Assembly: GCF_013315695.1 (NCBI RefSeq)
Contig: NZ_CP054353.1
Source of the DNA: Escherichia coli
GTDB taxonomy: Bacteria; Pseudomonadota; Gammaproteobacteria; Enterobacterales; Enterobacteriaceae
DNA: 64,000 nt
Direction: 5' to 3' (one strand)
Position 1 is the first letter of the stretch. Every line of letters begins with the position of its first letter. Positions 16,739 to 26,823 of this stretch are shown in pieces. The translations under genes were made by a program, and so were the position numbers. The notes below the pieces were generated by a model. It had not been told where the DNA came from. It saw only the letters and a list, made by a program, of their open reading frames with translations, and did no database searches.

Positions 16739-17446
16739 TGGCAAACGCAAAACTGCGTTATCGGAAAAATCAAAGCATTACGAGAACTGAGCAACGGCTA
16801 TCCATTACAAAGCCCATCTACGGGTGGGCTTGATAATGAAACCGGAATTTATTCTTGGCAACCAGTTACGGCAGTACCACGAAACAACCCAAGCCAGTAA
16901 GTGGGGAAATAACACTGGCAGCCACTGAAAGATGAAGCTCCTGCCTTAAGGCAAAAAAGATTCTTTGTGGTGGCGGACTGATGGAAAGACATCGGTTATT
17001 GCAGAGGCCATTCAATGAGTGGTCTCGACAATGGCTTATACCCTACACGGGATAACTTAACTGATATCCCTTTTAAAGGATAAAGGTATTCAAGCCTGAC
17101 ACATCATGCGCTGTATCGTCGCCGTATTCCTGCATTAACAGAGACCGCAGCCCGACAGGGAGACTCCTCTGCGCGAGTGTGCGGGGATAATCAAAAACGA
17201 TACACACCGGGGTTTACCGCGTTAACGGAGCGCGGCGTTGTCCCCTCATAGTCGCCTGTCCGGTGCGATGGTGGAAGAAACCGGATGTTTATCACTATTA
17301 ATTGATGACACAGAAATGGATTCATTGAATTTCAGCACGTTTTTGTATTCGTGTTATTGAACATCTGTTTATTTTACTTTTAACATATTGATAATAAAAA
17401 GAGCTGTAAATCTTTAGATGAGTCGATTTTGTCCGGGGAAGTTCAA

Positions 17447-17587
17447 ATGGATTTTATGCTGACGGTTTCTGGTGTGGTTATCCTGTCCATTGCTTATACT
17501 GCAGATAAATATGGCTGCCATTTGTTATCACGTATTGGCGCTTATTGTTCGTTGATGCTGATTTTCTCGTCGCTTTTTTTTGAGTAA
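17447..17587 (+). CDS. Small hydrophobic peptide (46 aa), candidate only
   Basis: MDFMLTVSGVVILSIAYTADKYGCHLLSRIGAYCSLMLIFSSLFFE; AT-rich island; convergent with the RHH gene; weak RBS. Confidence 0.2.
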   Translation: MDFMLTVSGVVILSIAYTADKYGCHLLSRIGAYCSLMLIFSSLFFE

Positions 17588-17719
17588 GTTATATTAATTA
17601 TAACAAATAATTTTCTGTGTTATTTTTTCAGGCTATCCCGTCAGAGGGGAAGCCTGTACTGCCGGGGAGCGAATGGAAAACTGATGTGTCCGGTAACTGC
17701 GTGTTCTGTGAACACCATG

Positions 17720-17905
17720 TTACTTAATTATGTAATTCATACCCGAACTCTCTGTTGACAGCCTTCTTCTGCAGGCTTCAATAACCCACGCTGAAAAGTT
17801 TCCTGAACCTTTCAGATCAAGAGCGATGTTAATTTGTTCAATCATCTGGTTTGGAAATCGGATGTTGCGGGTTGTTGTTCTGCGGGTTCTGTTCTTTGAT
17901 GACAT
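17720..17905 (-). CDS. Ribbon-helix-helix (CopG/Arc-like) DNA-binding protein
   Basis: 61 aa; RNIRFPNQMIEQINIALDLKGSGNFSAWVIEACRRRL fits the beta-strand/helix/helix RHH pattern; AT-rich promoter-like region upstream (17906-18060). Confidence 0.5.
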   Translation of the reverse strand: MSSKNRTRRTTTRNIRFPNQMIEQINIALDLKGSGNFSAWVIEACRRRLSTESSGMNYIIK

Positions 17906-18112
17906 AATGTTTCCCCATATTCAGTGTTGCTGATTTGTATTATCTGAAGTTGCTTTTACGTTAATTTGATGCAGATCAATTAATACGATACCTGCGTCAT
18001 AATTGATTATTTCTCGTGGTTTGATGGCGTACACACATGTTGTGATAAACCTTATATAGATGATAATCATTATCATTTTCGTGGGTCCTTTCCGGCGATC
18101 CGACCGGTTACG

Positions 18113-18124
18113 GGGCGGCGACCT
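18113..18124 (+). other. cosN cohesive-end site (lambda-type)
   Basis: ACGGGGCGGCGACCTCGCGGATTTTCACTATTTATGAAAATTTTCCGG matches the lambda cos region (GGGCGGCGACCT 12-nt cohesive end, then TCGCGGGTTTTCGCTATTTATGAAAATTTTCCGG) just upstream of Nu1. Confidence 0.7.
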
Positions 18125-18308
18125 CGCGGATTTTCACTATTTATGAAAATTTTCCGGGATCCATGTCCGGTTTCTCTGCAAGTTAACCATATGAAAAATA
18201 TAAAAACATGCTTTCCATGAACCGGGCATGCGCAAAAAATAGACACTAAAACCGGACATGACCGGTTTTGTTGTGATTGTGAGGTGAGAGTTTTTTGCGA
18301 GGTGAGGA

Positions 18309-18818
18309 GTGGCTACGCAGACTGAAGTTGCCAGGCATTTAAGTCTGACCGATCGCCAGCTTCGCAGATTGCAGAAATTGCCGGGTGCCCCGATATCGAA
18401 TAAGCGAGGGCAACTGGATCTGGATGCCTGGCGCGATTTTTACATATCGTATCTGAGAAGAAGTAAAAACGATGTGCCTGATGGCGATAGCGAAGACGAC
18501 TATGAGGAGAAATTGCTTATTGCCAGATGGGAACTGACAGCAGAACAGGCTGTTACACAGCAGTTAAAAAATGAGGTGTCAAAAGGAAAACTTATTGACA
18601 CCGGGTTCTGTATTTTTGCCCTCAGCAAGCTGGCAATGGCGTTATCCAGTACGCTTGATTCCATCCCTTTATCCATGCAGCGACAGTTTCCTGATTTAAC
18701 ACCGCGCCATCTTGACCATCTGAAAACCCTTATTGCGAAGGGGGCAAATCAGTGTGCGCGGGCGGGGGATAAATTACCGGATTTACTCGATGAATATATC
18801 AGAGCAACAACTGAATAA
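18309..18818 (+). CDS. nu1: Terminase small subunit (lambda Nu1 homolog)
   Basis: C-terminal half ...TGFCIFALSKLAMALSSTLDSIPLSMQRQFPDLTPRHLDHLK...LLDEYI parallels lambda Nu1; GTG start downstream of cos. Confidence 0.85.
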   Translation: MATQTEVARHLSLTDRQLRRLQKLPGAPISNKRGQLDLDAWRDFYISYLRRSKNDVPDGDSEDDYEEKLLIARWELTAEQAVTQQLKNEVSKGKLIDTGFCIFALSKLAMALSSTLDSIPLSMQRQFPDLTPRHLDHLKTLIAKGANQCARAGDKLPDLLDEYIRATTE

Positions 18819-20707
18819 TATGATGAGTGCTGTCACAACAGCATTACAGCCCCTGATAAGGGCATTGCCGGTGACGCCAGTTGAATGGGCTGATCAAAAT
18901 TATTATCTGCCTAAAGAATCTTCATATGGTGAGGGAGAATGGAAAACGCTGCCGTTCCAGATCGCCATCATGAACAGCATGGGGAATGATCAGATCCGGA
19001 CTGTTAATCTGATTAAATCTGCCCGTGTTGGCTATACAAAGATGTTGCTGGGGGTGGTCGGGTATTTTATTGAGCATAAATCCCGAAACAGTCTGCTTTT
19101 TCAGCCCACGGATTCTGCCGCTGAAGATTTTATGAAGTCTCACGTGGAGGCGACGATTCGGGATGTGCCATGTCTGAAAGACCTTTCTCCATGGCTGGGG
19201 CGTAAACATCGTGACAATACTCTCACGCTGAAACGCTTTTCATCGGGTGTGGGCTTCTGGTGCCTGGGCGGCGCTGCCGCCAAAAACTACCGTGAAAAAT
19301 CCGTGGACGTGGTCTGCTATGACGAACTTTCCTCGTTCGAACCGGATGTCGAAAAAGAGGGTTCGCCAACCCTGCTTGGGGATAAACGTATTGAGGGCTC
19401 TGTATGGCCCAAATCCATTCGCGGCTCGACGCCTAAAATCAAAGGCACCTGCCAGATCGAAAAAGCGGCCAACGAGTCGGCGCATTTCATGCGTTTTTAT
19501 GTGCCCTGCCCGCACTGTGGGGAGGCGCAGTATCTGAAATTTGGCGATGAGTCCACGCCTTTTGGCCTTAAATGGGAGAAGGACAGCCCCGAAAGCGTTT
19601 TCTACCTCTGTGAACATCATGGCTGCGTGATCCATCAGTCTGAGCTTGACCAGAGCAACGGGCGGTGGATCTGTGAAAACACGGGGATGTGGACCCGCGA
19701 CGGTCTGACGTTTTTCAGCGCTGCGGATAATGAAATTCCGCCGCCGCGCTCCATCACATTCCATATCTGGACGGCGTACAGTCCGTTCACCACCTGGGTA
19801 CAGATTGTCTATGACTGGCTGGATGCACTGAAAGATCCCAACGGCCTGAAAACCTTTGTGAACACCACGCTGGGCGAGACCTGGGAAGAGGCCGTGGGCG
19901 AAAAACTCGATCACCAGGTGCTGATGGATAAGGTTGTGCGTTACACGGCTGCGGTGCCTTCCCGGGTGGTTTATCTGACGGCGGGCATTGACTCGCAGCG
20001 AAACCGTTTTGAGATGTATGTCTGGGGATGGGCTCCGGGAGAGGAAGCCTTTCTGGTGGATAAAATCATCATTATGGGGCGTCCCGATGAGGAAGAGACG
20101 CTGTTACGTGTGGATGTGGCGATCAACAAAAAATACCGCCATGCAGACGGAACCGAAATGACCATTTCCCGTGTCTGCTGGGACACCGGGGGGAATTGTC
20201 TATCAGAGGTCAAAAAAACACGGTGTTTTCCGGGTGCTGCCGGTAAAAGGTGCATCTGTTTATGGCAAGCCGGTGATCACCATGCCAAAAACCCGCAATC
20301 AGCGGGGCGTGTATCTGTGCGAAGTGGGGACGGACACCGCAAAAGAAATTCTCTATGCCCGTATGAAAGCCGATCCCACGCCTGCGGATGAAGCCACGTC
20401 GTATGCCATCCGTTTTCCTGATGATCCGGAGATTTTTTCGCAGACAGAGGCGCAGCAACTGGTGGCGGAAGAGCTTGTGGAGAAGTGGGAAAAAGGAAAG
20501 ATGCGTCTGCTGTGGGATAACAAAAAGCGGCGTAACGAAGCGCTGGACTGCCTGGTGTATGCCTACGCGGCATTACGTGTGTCCGTGCAACGCTGGCAGC
20601 TTGATCTGGCTGTACTGGCAAAATCCCGGGAAGAAGAGACGACCCGGCCAACCCTTAAAGAACTGGCAGCGAAGCTGTCCGGAGGAGTGAATGGTTACAG
20701 TCGCTGA
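18790..20707 (+). CDS. A: Terminase large subunit (lambda gpA homolog) with an apparent +1 frameshift in a G6 run near 20188-20193
   Basis: Two overlapping ORFs (18733..20391 and 20171..20707) together align with lambda gpA (...ISRVCWDTGG | IVYQRSKKHGVFRV...); the frame changes at CCGGGGGGAATT. Confidence 0.8.
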
Positions 20708-20897
20708 ACTGCAGGCGCTGCGTCAGGCGCGCCTTGATTTATTAACCGGTAAACGGGTGGTGTCTGTCCAGAAAGATGGTCGCAGAATTGAATATACGGC
20801 AGCTTCTCTGGATGAGCTTAACCGGGCGATCAATGATGCGGAGTCGGTACTGGGGACAACCCGCCGTCGCCGTCGTCCGCTGGGAGTGAGGTTATGA
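20691..20897 (+). CDS. W: Head-tail joining protein gpW
   Basis: 68 aa; LTGKRVVSVQKDGRRIEYTAASLDELNRAI parallels lambda W. Confidence 0.8.
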   Translation: MVTVAELQALRQARLDLLTGKRVVSVQKDGRRIEYTAASLDELNRAINDAESVLGTTRRRRRPLGVRL

Positions 20898-22486
20898 AAC
20901 GAACGCCTGTCCTGATTGATGTGAACGGCGTTCCGCTTCGGGAGAGCCTCAGCTACAACGGTGGCGGTGCAGGATTTGGCGGGCAAATGGCAGAGTGGTT
21001 GCCACCCTCGCAGAGTGCCGATGCGGCCCTGCTGCCCGCGTTGCGTCTGGGGAATGCCCGTGCAGATGATCTGGTGCGCAATAACGGAATAGCGGCCAAT
21101 GCGGTGGCCCTGCATAAGGATCACATTGTCGGGCATATGTTTCTGATCAGTTACCGTCCGAACTGGCGCTGGCTGGGGATGCGGGAGACCGCGGCAAAAA
21201 GTTTTGTCGATGAGGTGGAGGCGGCCTGGTCAGAATACGCAGAAGGGATGTTTGGTGAGATCGACATGGAAGGGAAACGCACGTTCACGGAATTTATCCG
21301 TGAAGGTGTGGGCGTTCATGCGTTTAACGGCGAAATCTTTGTGCAGCCGGTCTGGGATACGGAGAGCACGCAACTGTTTCGTACGCGTTTTAAAGCCGTG
21401 AGTCCGAAACGGGTGGACACGCCAGGACACGGTATGGGGAACCGTTTTCTGCGGGCCGGTGTGGAGGTCGATCGATATGGTCGTGCCGTTGCGTACCATA
21501 TCTGTGAGGATGATTTTCCTCGCTCCGGGAGTGGACGATGGGAACGGATCCCGCGTGAACTTCCCACCGGGCGTCCGGCCATGCTGCATATTTTCGAGCC
21601 GGTGGAGGACGGGCAGACCCGTGGGGCCAATCAGTTTTACAGCGTAATGGAACGGCTGAAGATGCTCGATTCCCTGCAGGCAACACAGCTTCAGTCGGCC
21701 ATAGTGAAGGCGATGTATGCAGCGACGATTGAAAGTGAACTTGATACCGAAAAGGCCTTTGAATATATCGCCGGTGCGCCGCAGGGGCAGAAGGATAATC
21801 CGCTTATTAATATTCTGGAGAAGTTCTCCACCTGGTATGACACGAATAGCGTGACGCTGGGCGGTGTCAAAATTCCGCACCTTTTCCCCGGTGATGATCT
21901 GAAACTTCAGACCGCGCAGGATTCAGACAATGGATTTTCGGCGCTTGAACAGGCGCTGCTGCGGTATATCGCCGCCGGTCTTGGCGTTTCCTACGAACAG
22001 TTGTCCCGTGATTACTCGAAGGTCAGTTATTCAAGTGCCCGCGCATCCGCCAATGAGTCGTGGCGCTATTTTATGGGGCGGCGAAAATTTATTGCGTCCC
22101 GGCTGGCCACGCAGATGTTTTCCTGCTGGCTGGAAGAGGCACTTCTTCGGGGGATTATTCGTCCGCCACGGGCGCGTTTTGATTTTTATCAGGCGCGATC
22201 AGCCTGGTCACGGGCTGAGTGGATTGGAGCCGGAAGAATGGCCATTGACGGGCTCAAGGAGGTTCAGGAATCAGTGATGCGCATTGAGGCCGGACTGAGC
22301 ACGTATGAGAAAGAGCTGGCGCTGATGGGCGAGGATTATCAGGACATTTTCCGCCAGCAGGTCAGGGAATCTGCAGAGCGGGAAAAAGCCGGACTCTCAC
22401 GTCCGGTGTGGATAGCGCAGGCGTATCAGCAGCAGATAGCGGAGAGTCGCAGGCCGGAAGAGGAGACAACACCACGTGAGACGTAA
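20894..22486 (+). CDS. B: Portal protein gpB
   Basis: 530 aa; lambda-like order and size; ATGA coupling with W. Confidence 0.85.
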   Translation: MKRTPVLIDVNGVPLRESLSYNGGGAGFGGQMAEWLPPSQSADAALLPALRLGNARADDLVRNNGIAANAVALHKDHIVGHMFLISYRPNWRWLGMRETAAKSFVDEVEAAWSEYAEGMFGEIDMEGKRTFTEFIREGVGVHAFNGEIFVQPVWDTESTQLFRTRFKAVSPKRVDTPGHGMGNRFLRAGVEVDRYGRAVAYHICEDDFPRSGSGRWERIPRELPTGRPAMLHIFEPVEDGQTRGANQFYSVMERLKMLDSLQATQLQSAIVKAMYAATIESELDTEKAFEYIAGAPQGQKDNPLINILEKFSTWYDTNSVTLGGVKIPHLFPGDDLKLQTAQDSDNGFSALEQALLRYIAAGLGVSYEQLSRDYSKVSYSSARASANESWRYFMGRRKFIASRLATQMFSCWLEEALLRGIIRPPRARFDFYQARSAWSRAEWIGAGRMAIDGLKEVQESVMRIEAGLSTYEKELALMGEDYQDIFRQQVRESAEREKAGLSRPVWIAQAYQQQIAESRRPEEETTPRET

Positions 22487-23981
22487 TCTTTCACACATTA
22501 TTGCCGCAGCATTCAATGAACCGCTGCTTCTGGAGCCCGCCTATGCGCGGGTTTTCTTTTGCGCGCTCGGGCGCGAGATGGGGGCAGCAAGTCTTTCGGT
22601 ACCGCAACAGCAGGTACAGCTTGATGCTCCCGGGATGCTGGCTGAAACGGACGAGTACATGGCCGGAGGTAAACGACCGGCCCGTGTTTACCGGGTGGTG
22701 AACGGTATTGCGGTACTGCCGGTGACCGGCACGCTGGTGCACCGGCTGGGGGGGATGCGGCCATTTTCCGGAATGACTGGCTATGACGGCATTGTCGCCT
22801 GTCTTCAGCAGGCAATGGCAGATAGCCAGGTGCGGGGCATACTGCTGGACATTGACAGTCCGGGCGGGCAGGCCGCCGGCGCGTTTGACTGCGCTGACAT
22901 GATTTACCGCCTCCGGCAGCAGAAGCCGGTCTGGGCACTGTGTAATGACACGGCCTGTTCTGCAGCCATGCTGCTGGCGTCGGCCTGCTCCCGACGGCTG
23001 GTTACCCAGACATCCCGTATCGGCTCCATTGGCGTGATGATGAGCCATGTCAGCTATGCCGGTCATCTGGCGCAGGCCGGTGTGGATATCACGCTGATTT
23101 ACTCAGGAGCGCACAAGGTGGATGGCAATCAGTTTGAAGCGTTGCCGGCAGAGGTTCGCCAGGACATGCAGCAGCGGATTGATGCGGCGCGCCGGATGTT
23201 TGCCGAAAAAGTGGCGATGTATACCGGTCTGTCTGTTGATGCGGTCACGGGAACAGAGGCTGCCGTTTTTGAAGGTCAGTCCGGCATTGAGGCCGGGCTG
23301 GCGGATGAATTAATCAATGCGTCGGATGCCATCAGTGTGATGGCCACGGCGCTGAACAGTAATGTCAGAGGAGGCACTATGCCGCAATTAACTGCAACGG
23401 AAGCCGCCGTGCAGGAGAACCAGCGAGTGATGGGGATCCTGACATGCCAGGAAGCGAAAGGACGTGAACAGCTTGCCACGATGCTGGCAGGGCAACAGGG
23501 CATGAGCGTTGAACAGGCCCGGGCGATTCTGGCCGCGGCGGCACCGCAGCAGCCGGTGGCATCCGCACAGAGTGAAGCCGATCGCATTATGGCGTGTGAA
23601 GAAGCGAACGGTCGTGAACAACTGGCGGCAACGCTGGCGGCGATGCCGGAGATGACGGTGGAAAAAGCCCGCCCGATCCTGGCTGCTTCACCGCAGGCGA
23701 ATGCCGGACCATCACTCCGTGATCAGATCATGGCACTGGATGAGGCAAAAGGGGCTGAGGCGCAGGCTGAACAGCTGGCTGCCTGCCCGGGAATGACTGT
23801 GGAGAGCGCCCGGGCTGTGCTGGCTGCGGGATCAGGTAAGGCAGAACCGGTCTCTGCATCCACAACCGCCCTGTTTGAACATTTCATGGCGAACCATTCA
23901 CCGGCTGCGGTCCAGGGGGGCGTGTCACAGGCGTCAGAAGACGGTGATGCGGACGTGAAAATGCTCATGGCCATGCCATGA
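22476..23981 (+). CDS. C: Head maturation protease / scaffold (gpC with Nu3-like C-terminus, S49 peptidase)
   Basis: N-terminus AAFNEPLLLEPAYARVFFCAL and GIAVLPVTGTLVHR...SGMTGYDGI parallel lambda C; three tandem ~37-aa repeats in the C-terminus. Confidence 0.85.
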   Translation: MRRNLSHIIAAAFNEPLLLEPAYARVFFCALGREMGAASLSVPQQQVQLDAPGMLAETDEYMAGGKRPARVYRVVNGIAVLPVTGTLVHRLGGMRPFSGMTGYDGIVACLQQAMADSQVRGILLDIDSPGGQAAGAFDCADMIYRLRQQKPVWALCNDTACSAAMLLASACSRRLVTQTSRIGSIGVMMSHVSYAGHLAQAGVDITLIYSGAHKVDGNQFEALPAEVRQDMQQRIDAARRMFAEKVAMYTGLSVDAVTGTEAAVFEGQSGIEAGLADELINASDAISVMATALNSNVRGGTMPQLTATEAAVQENQRVMGILTCQEAKGREQLATMLAGQQGMSVEQARAILAAAAPQQPVASAQSEADRIMACEEANGREQLAATLAAMPEMTVEKARPILAASPQANAGPSLRDQIMALDEAKGAEAQAEQLAACPGMTVESARAVLAAGSGKAEPVSASTTALFEHFMANHSPAAVQGGVSQASEDGDADVKMLMAMP

Positions 23982-24017
23982 AGTCAGTGCTGAACATCAA
24001 TACGAGGTTTTTACAAT

Positions 24018-24365
24018 ATGGTGACGAAAACCATCACTGAACAGCGTGCGGAAGTACGTATTTTTGCCGGTAATGATCCGGCTCACACCGCCACAGGCAG
24101 CAGCGGGATTTCCTCGGCAACACCGGCACTGACACCCCTGATGCTGGATGGGGCCACCGGGAAACTGGTGGTCTGGGACGGACAGAAAGCCGGTAGTGCG
24201 GTTGGCATACTGGTACTGCCGCTTGAAGGCACAGAGGAGGTGCTGACCTATTACAAGTCGGGGACCTTTGCGACGGAGGCAATCCGCTGGCCTGAAAGTG
24301 TGGATGAACACAAAAAGGCCAACGCCTTTACCGGCAGTGCCCTGAGTCACGCGGCGCTGCCGTAA
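24018..24365 (+). CDS. D: Head decoration protein gpD
   Basis: 115 aa; NDPAHTATGSSG...TPLMLD...KLVVWDG...AVGILVLP parallels lambda D. Confidence 0.85.
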   Translation: MVTKTITEQRAEVRIFAGNDPAHTATGSSGISSATPALTPLMLDGATGKLVVWDGQKAGSAVGILVLPLEGTEEVLTYYKSGTFATEAIRWPESVDEHKKANAFTGSALSHAALP

Positions 24366-24422
24366 CACGTTATCAGGCCACCGCGTTGGCCTGACTGATT
24401 TCTTAATGAAAGGAACTGATTT

Positions 24423-25451
24423 ATGGGATTGTTTACGACCCGCCAGTTACTCGGTTATACCGAACAAAAAGTTAAATTCCGTGCGCTGTTTCTGGAGCTG
24501 TTTTTCCGCCGTACGGTGAATTTCCACACCGAAGAGGTGATGCTGGACAAAATTACCGGAAAAACGCCGGTGGCGGCCTATGTCTCCCCGATCGTTGAAG
24601 GAAAAGTGCTTCGCCATCGCGGTGGTGAAACCCGCGTGTTACGTCCGGGCTACGTCAAGCCCAAACACGAATTTAATTACCAGCAGGCGGTTGAGCGCCT
24701 TCCTGGTGAAGATCCGGCTCAGCTGAACGACCCGGCCTACCGTCGTCTGCGTATCATTACCGATAACCTCAAACAGGAAGAGCACGCCATTGTCCAGGTG
24801 GAAGAAATGCAGGCGGTGAATGCCGTGCTGTATGGCAAATACACCATGGAAGGGGATCAGTTTGATACTGTCGAGGTGGATTTCGGGCGCTCTGAAGGAA
24901 ATAACATTGAGCAGGCTGACGGTAAAAAATGGTCTGAGCAGGACCGTGATACGTTTGATCCGACGCATGATATTGACCTCTACTGCGATCAGGCCAGCGG
25001 CCTTGTGAATATCGCCATTATGGACGGTACGGTCTGGCGTCTGCTGAATGGCTTTAAGCTGTTCCGCGAAAAACTGGATACCCGTCGCGGCTCAAATTCA
25101 CAACTCGAAACGGCAGTGAAAGATCTGGGGGCGGTGGTGTCCTTCAAGGGGTATTACGGCGATCTGGCCATTGTGGTGGCGAAAACGTCTTATGTGGCAG
25201 AGGACGGTACCGAAAAACGTTATCTGCCGGAGGGCATGCTGGTGCTGGGGAATACGGCAGCAGAGGGCATTCGTTGCTATGGTGCCATTCAGGATGCGCA
25301 GGCGTTGTCCGAAGGTGTGGTGGCCTCTTCCCGTTACCCGAAACACTGGCTGACCGTGGGCGATCCGGCCCGTGAATTCACCATGACGCAGTCCGCACCG
25401 CTGATGGTGCTGCCGGATCCGGATGAGTTTGTGGTGGTACAGGTGAAATAA
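24423..25451 (+). CDS. E: Major capsid protein gpE
   Basis: 342 aa; YVSPIVEGKVLRHRGGETRVLRPGYVKPKHE ... TGDPAREFTMTQSAPLM parallel lambda E. Confidence 0.9.
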   Translation: MGLFTTRQLLGYTEQKVKFRALFLELFFRRTVNFHTEEVMLDKITGKTPVAAYVSPIVEGKVLRHRGGETRVLRPGYVKPKHEFNYQQAVERLPGEDPAQLNDPAYRRLRIITDNLKQEEHAIVQVEEMQAVNAVLYGKYTMEGDQFDTVEVDFGRSEGNNIEQADGKKWSEQDRDTFDPTHDIDLYCDQASGLVNIAIMDGTVWRLLNGFKLFREKLDTRRGSNSQLETAVKDLGAVVSFKGYYGDLAIVVAKTSYVAEDGTEKRYLPEGMLVLGNTAAEGIRCYGAIQDAQALSEGVVASSRYPKHWLTVGDPAREFTMTQSAPLMVLPDPDEFVVVQVK

Positions 25452-25502
25452 TCCGTGAGCGGGGGCGAAATGCCCCCGTGTCTTTTTTCACAGGAGGCTG
25501 AG

Positions 25503-25886
25503 ATGGCAACAAAAGAAGAAAATCTGAATCGTCTTCGTCAACTGGCTGGCCTGCTGGGGCGCGAGGCGGATATGTCGGGGAGTGCTGCGGATATTGCTCA
25601 ACGTGTGTCTGAGTGGGAAGAGGAGCTTGCTGTTTCCCCGGAGGGCATTATGCACTCTGATGAGAGCGGGGCTGATCAAAATCACACAGACGATGGTGAG
25701 CAGTTGCACAACACTGATGCTCCGGATGATGTTAAAGCGGTCCGTGTGCGGAAATGCCTGCATGTGATGGGGTATTGCCCGGAGACAGGCCGTCCCGTTG
25801 AACTGACGTACCGGGGCATGCGTGTTATGGTGCCATCACCACTGGCGACAGCCATGATACAGCACGGAACGGCTGAGCATGCGTGA
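25503..25886 (+). CDS. DNA-packaging protein FI-like
   Basis: ATG 25503 after AGGAGG; acidic protein in the FI position between E and FII. Confidence 0.55.
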   Translation: MATKEENLNRLRQLAGLLGREADMSGSAADIAQRVSEWEEELAVSPEGIMHSDESGADQNHTDDGEQLHNTDAPDDVKAVRVRKCLHVMGYCPETGRPVELTYRGMRVMVPSPLATAMIQHGTAEHA

Positions 25887-26232
25887 TTTTCAGAATGCCT
25901 TTGATGCTGCCCTCGCCGGGGTGGACAGTACGATCGTTGAAGTGATGGGGATCCGTGCGCAGTTCACCTCCGGAGCACAACGTGGCGGCGAAGTTCAGGG
26001 GGTTTTTGACGATCCGGAGTCGCTGGGTTTTGCCGGTGGCGGGGTCCGTATTGAAGGAAGCAGCCCGTCATTATTTGTGCGGACGGATACGGTGCGTGCC
26101 GTGCGGCGTGGTGACACGCTGACCATTAACGGCGAGATGTTCTGGGTGGATCGTGTTTCTCCGGATGACGGGGGAAGCTGTTATCTCTGGCTCAACCGTG
26201 GGCAACCACCCGCTGTTAACCGGCGACGATAA
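25879..26232 (+). CDS. Head-tail connector gpFII
   Basis: 117 aa; ...RGDTLTINGEMFWVDRVSPDDGGSCYLWLNRGQPPAVNRRR parallels the lambda FII C-terminus. Confidence 0.8.
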   Translation: MRDFQNAFDAALAGVDSTIVEVMGIRAQFTSGAQRGGEVQGVFDDPESLGFAGGGVRIEGSSPSLFVRTDTVRAVRRGDTLTINGEMFWVDRVSPDDGGSCYLWLNRGQPPAVNRRR

Positions 26233-26247
26233 ACGCAGGGTGAAATT

Positions 26248-26823
26248 ATGGCGATAAAAGGGCTTGATCAGGCGATTGATAATCTGAGCCGGGTTCGTAA
26301 AAACGCCATTCCGGCGGCTTCAGCAATGACGATTAACCGCGTGGCCACAACGGCGATTAATCAGTCTTCATCACAGGTTGCCCGGGAGACAAAGGTACGC
26401 CGGAAACTGGTTAAGGAACGGTCCAGACTGAAACGGGCCACGGTCAGAAATCCGAATGCAAAAATTATCGTTAACCGCGGTGATCTCCCTGTGATTAAGC
26501 TGGGGATCAGAATGCTGGGGCGTCGTCCGGACAGCATACTCAAAGCCGGTCAGCATCGTTATCAGCGGGCATTTATCCAGCGATTAAATAATGGGCGCTG
26601 GCATGTTATGCAACGTCTTCCCCAGGCCAGATATGAGGAGGGCAATGACGACAAGGGAAGGAAAAAGCGTAATCGCCTTCCCATTCAGGTGGTGAAAATC
26701 CCGATGGCGGCCCCACTGAAACAGGCATTTGATGAGAATGTTGACCGTATCCGGCGTGAACGCCTGCCTAAAGAACTGGCATACGCGCTGAAACAACAAC
26801 TGAGGATTGCGATAAAACGATGA
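26248..26823 (+). CDS. Z: Tail completion protein gpZ
   Basis: 191 aa; MAIKGL...VARETKVRRKLVKERSRLKRATV...[22 protein letters not shown] parallels lambda Z. Confidence 0.8.
   Translation: MAIKGLDQAIDNLSRVRKNAIPAASAMTINRVATTAINQSSSQVARETKVRRKLVKERSRLKRATVRNPNAKIIVNRGDLPVIKLGIRMLGRRPDSILKAGQHRYQRAFIQRLNNGRWHVMQRLPQARYEEGNDDKGRKKRNRLPIQVVKIPMAAPLKQAFDENVDRIRRERLPKELAYALKQQLRIAIKR

Noticed and set aside
16740-17300. Possible bor-like lipoprotein gene downstream of the second KilA-N gene
   Set aside because: No ORF with a lipoprotein signal or Bor-like sequence on either strand; only 10-30-codon ORFs.
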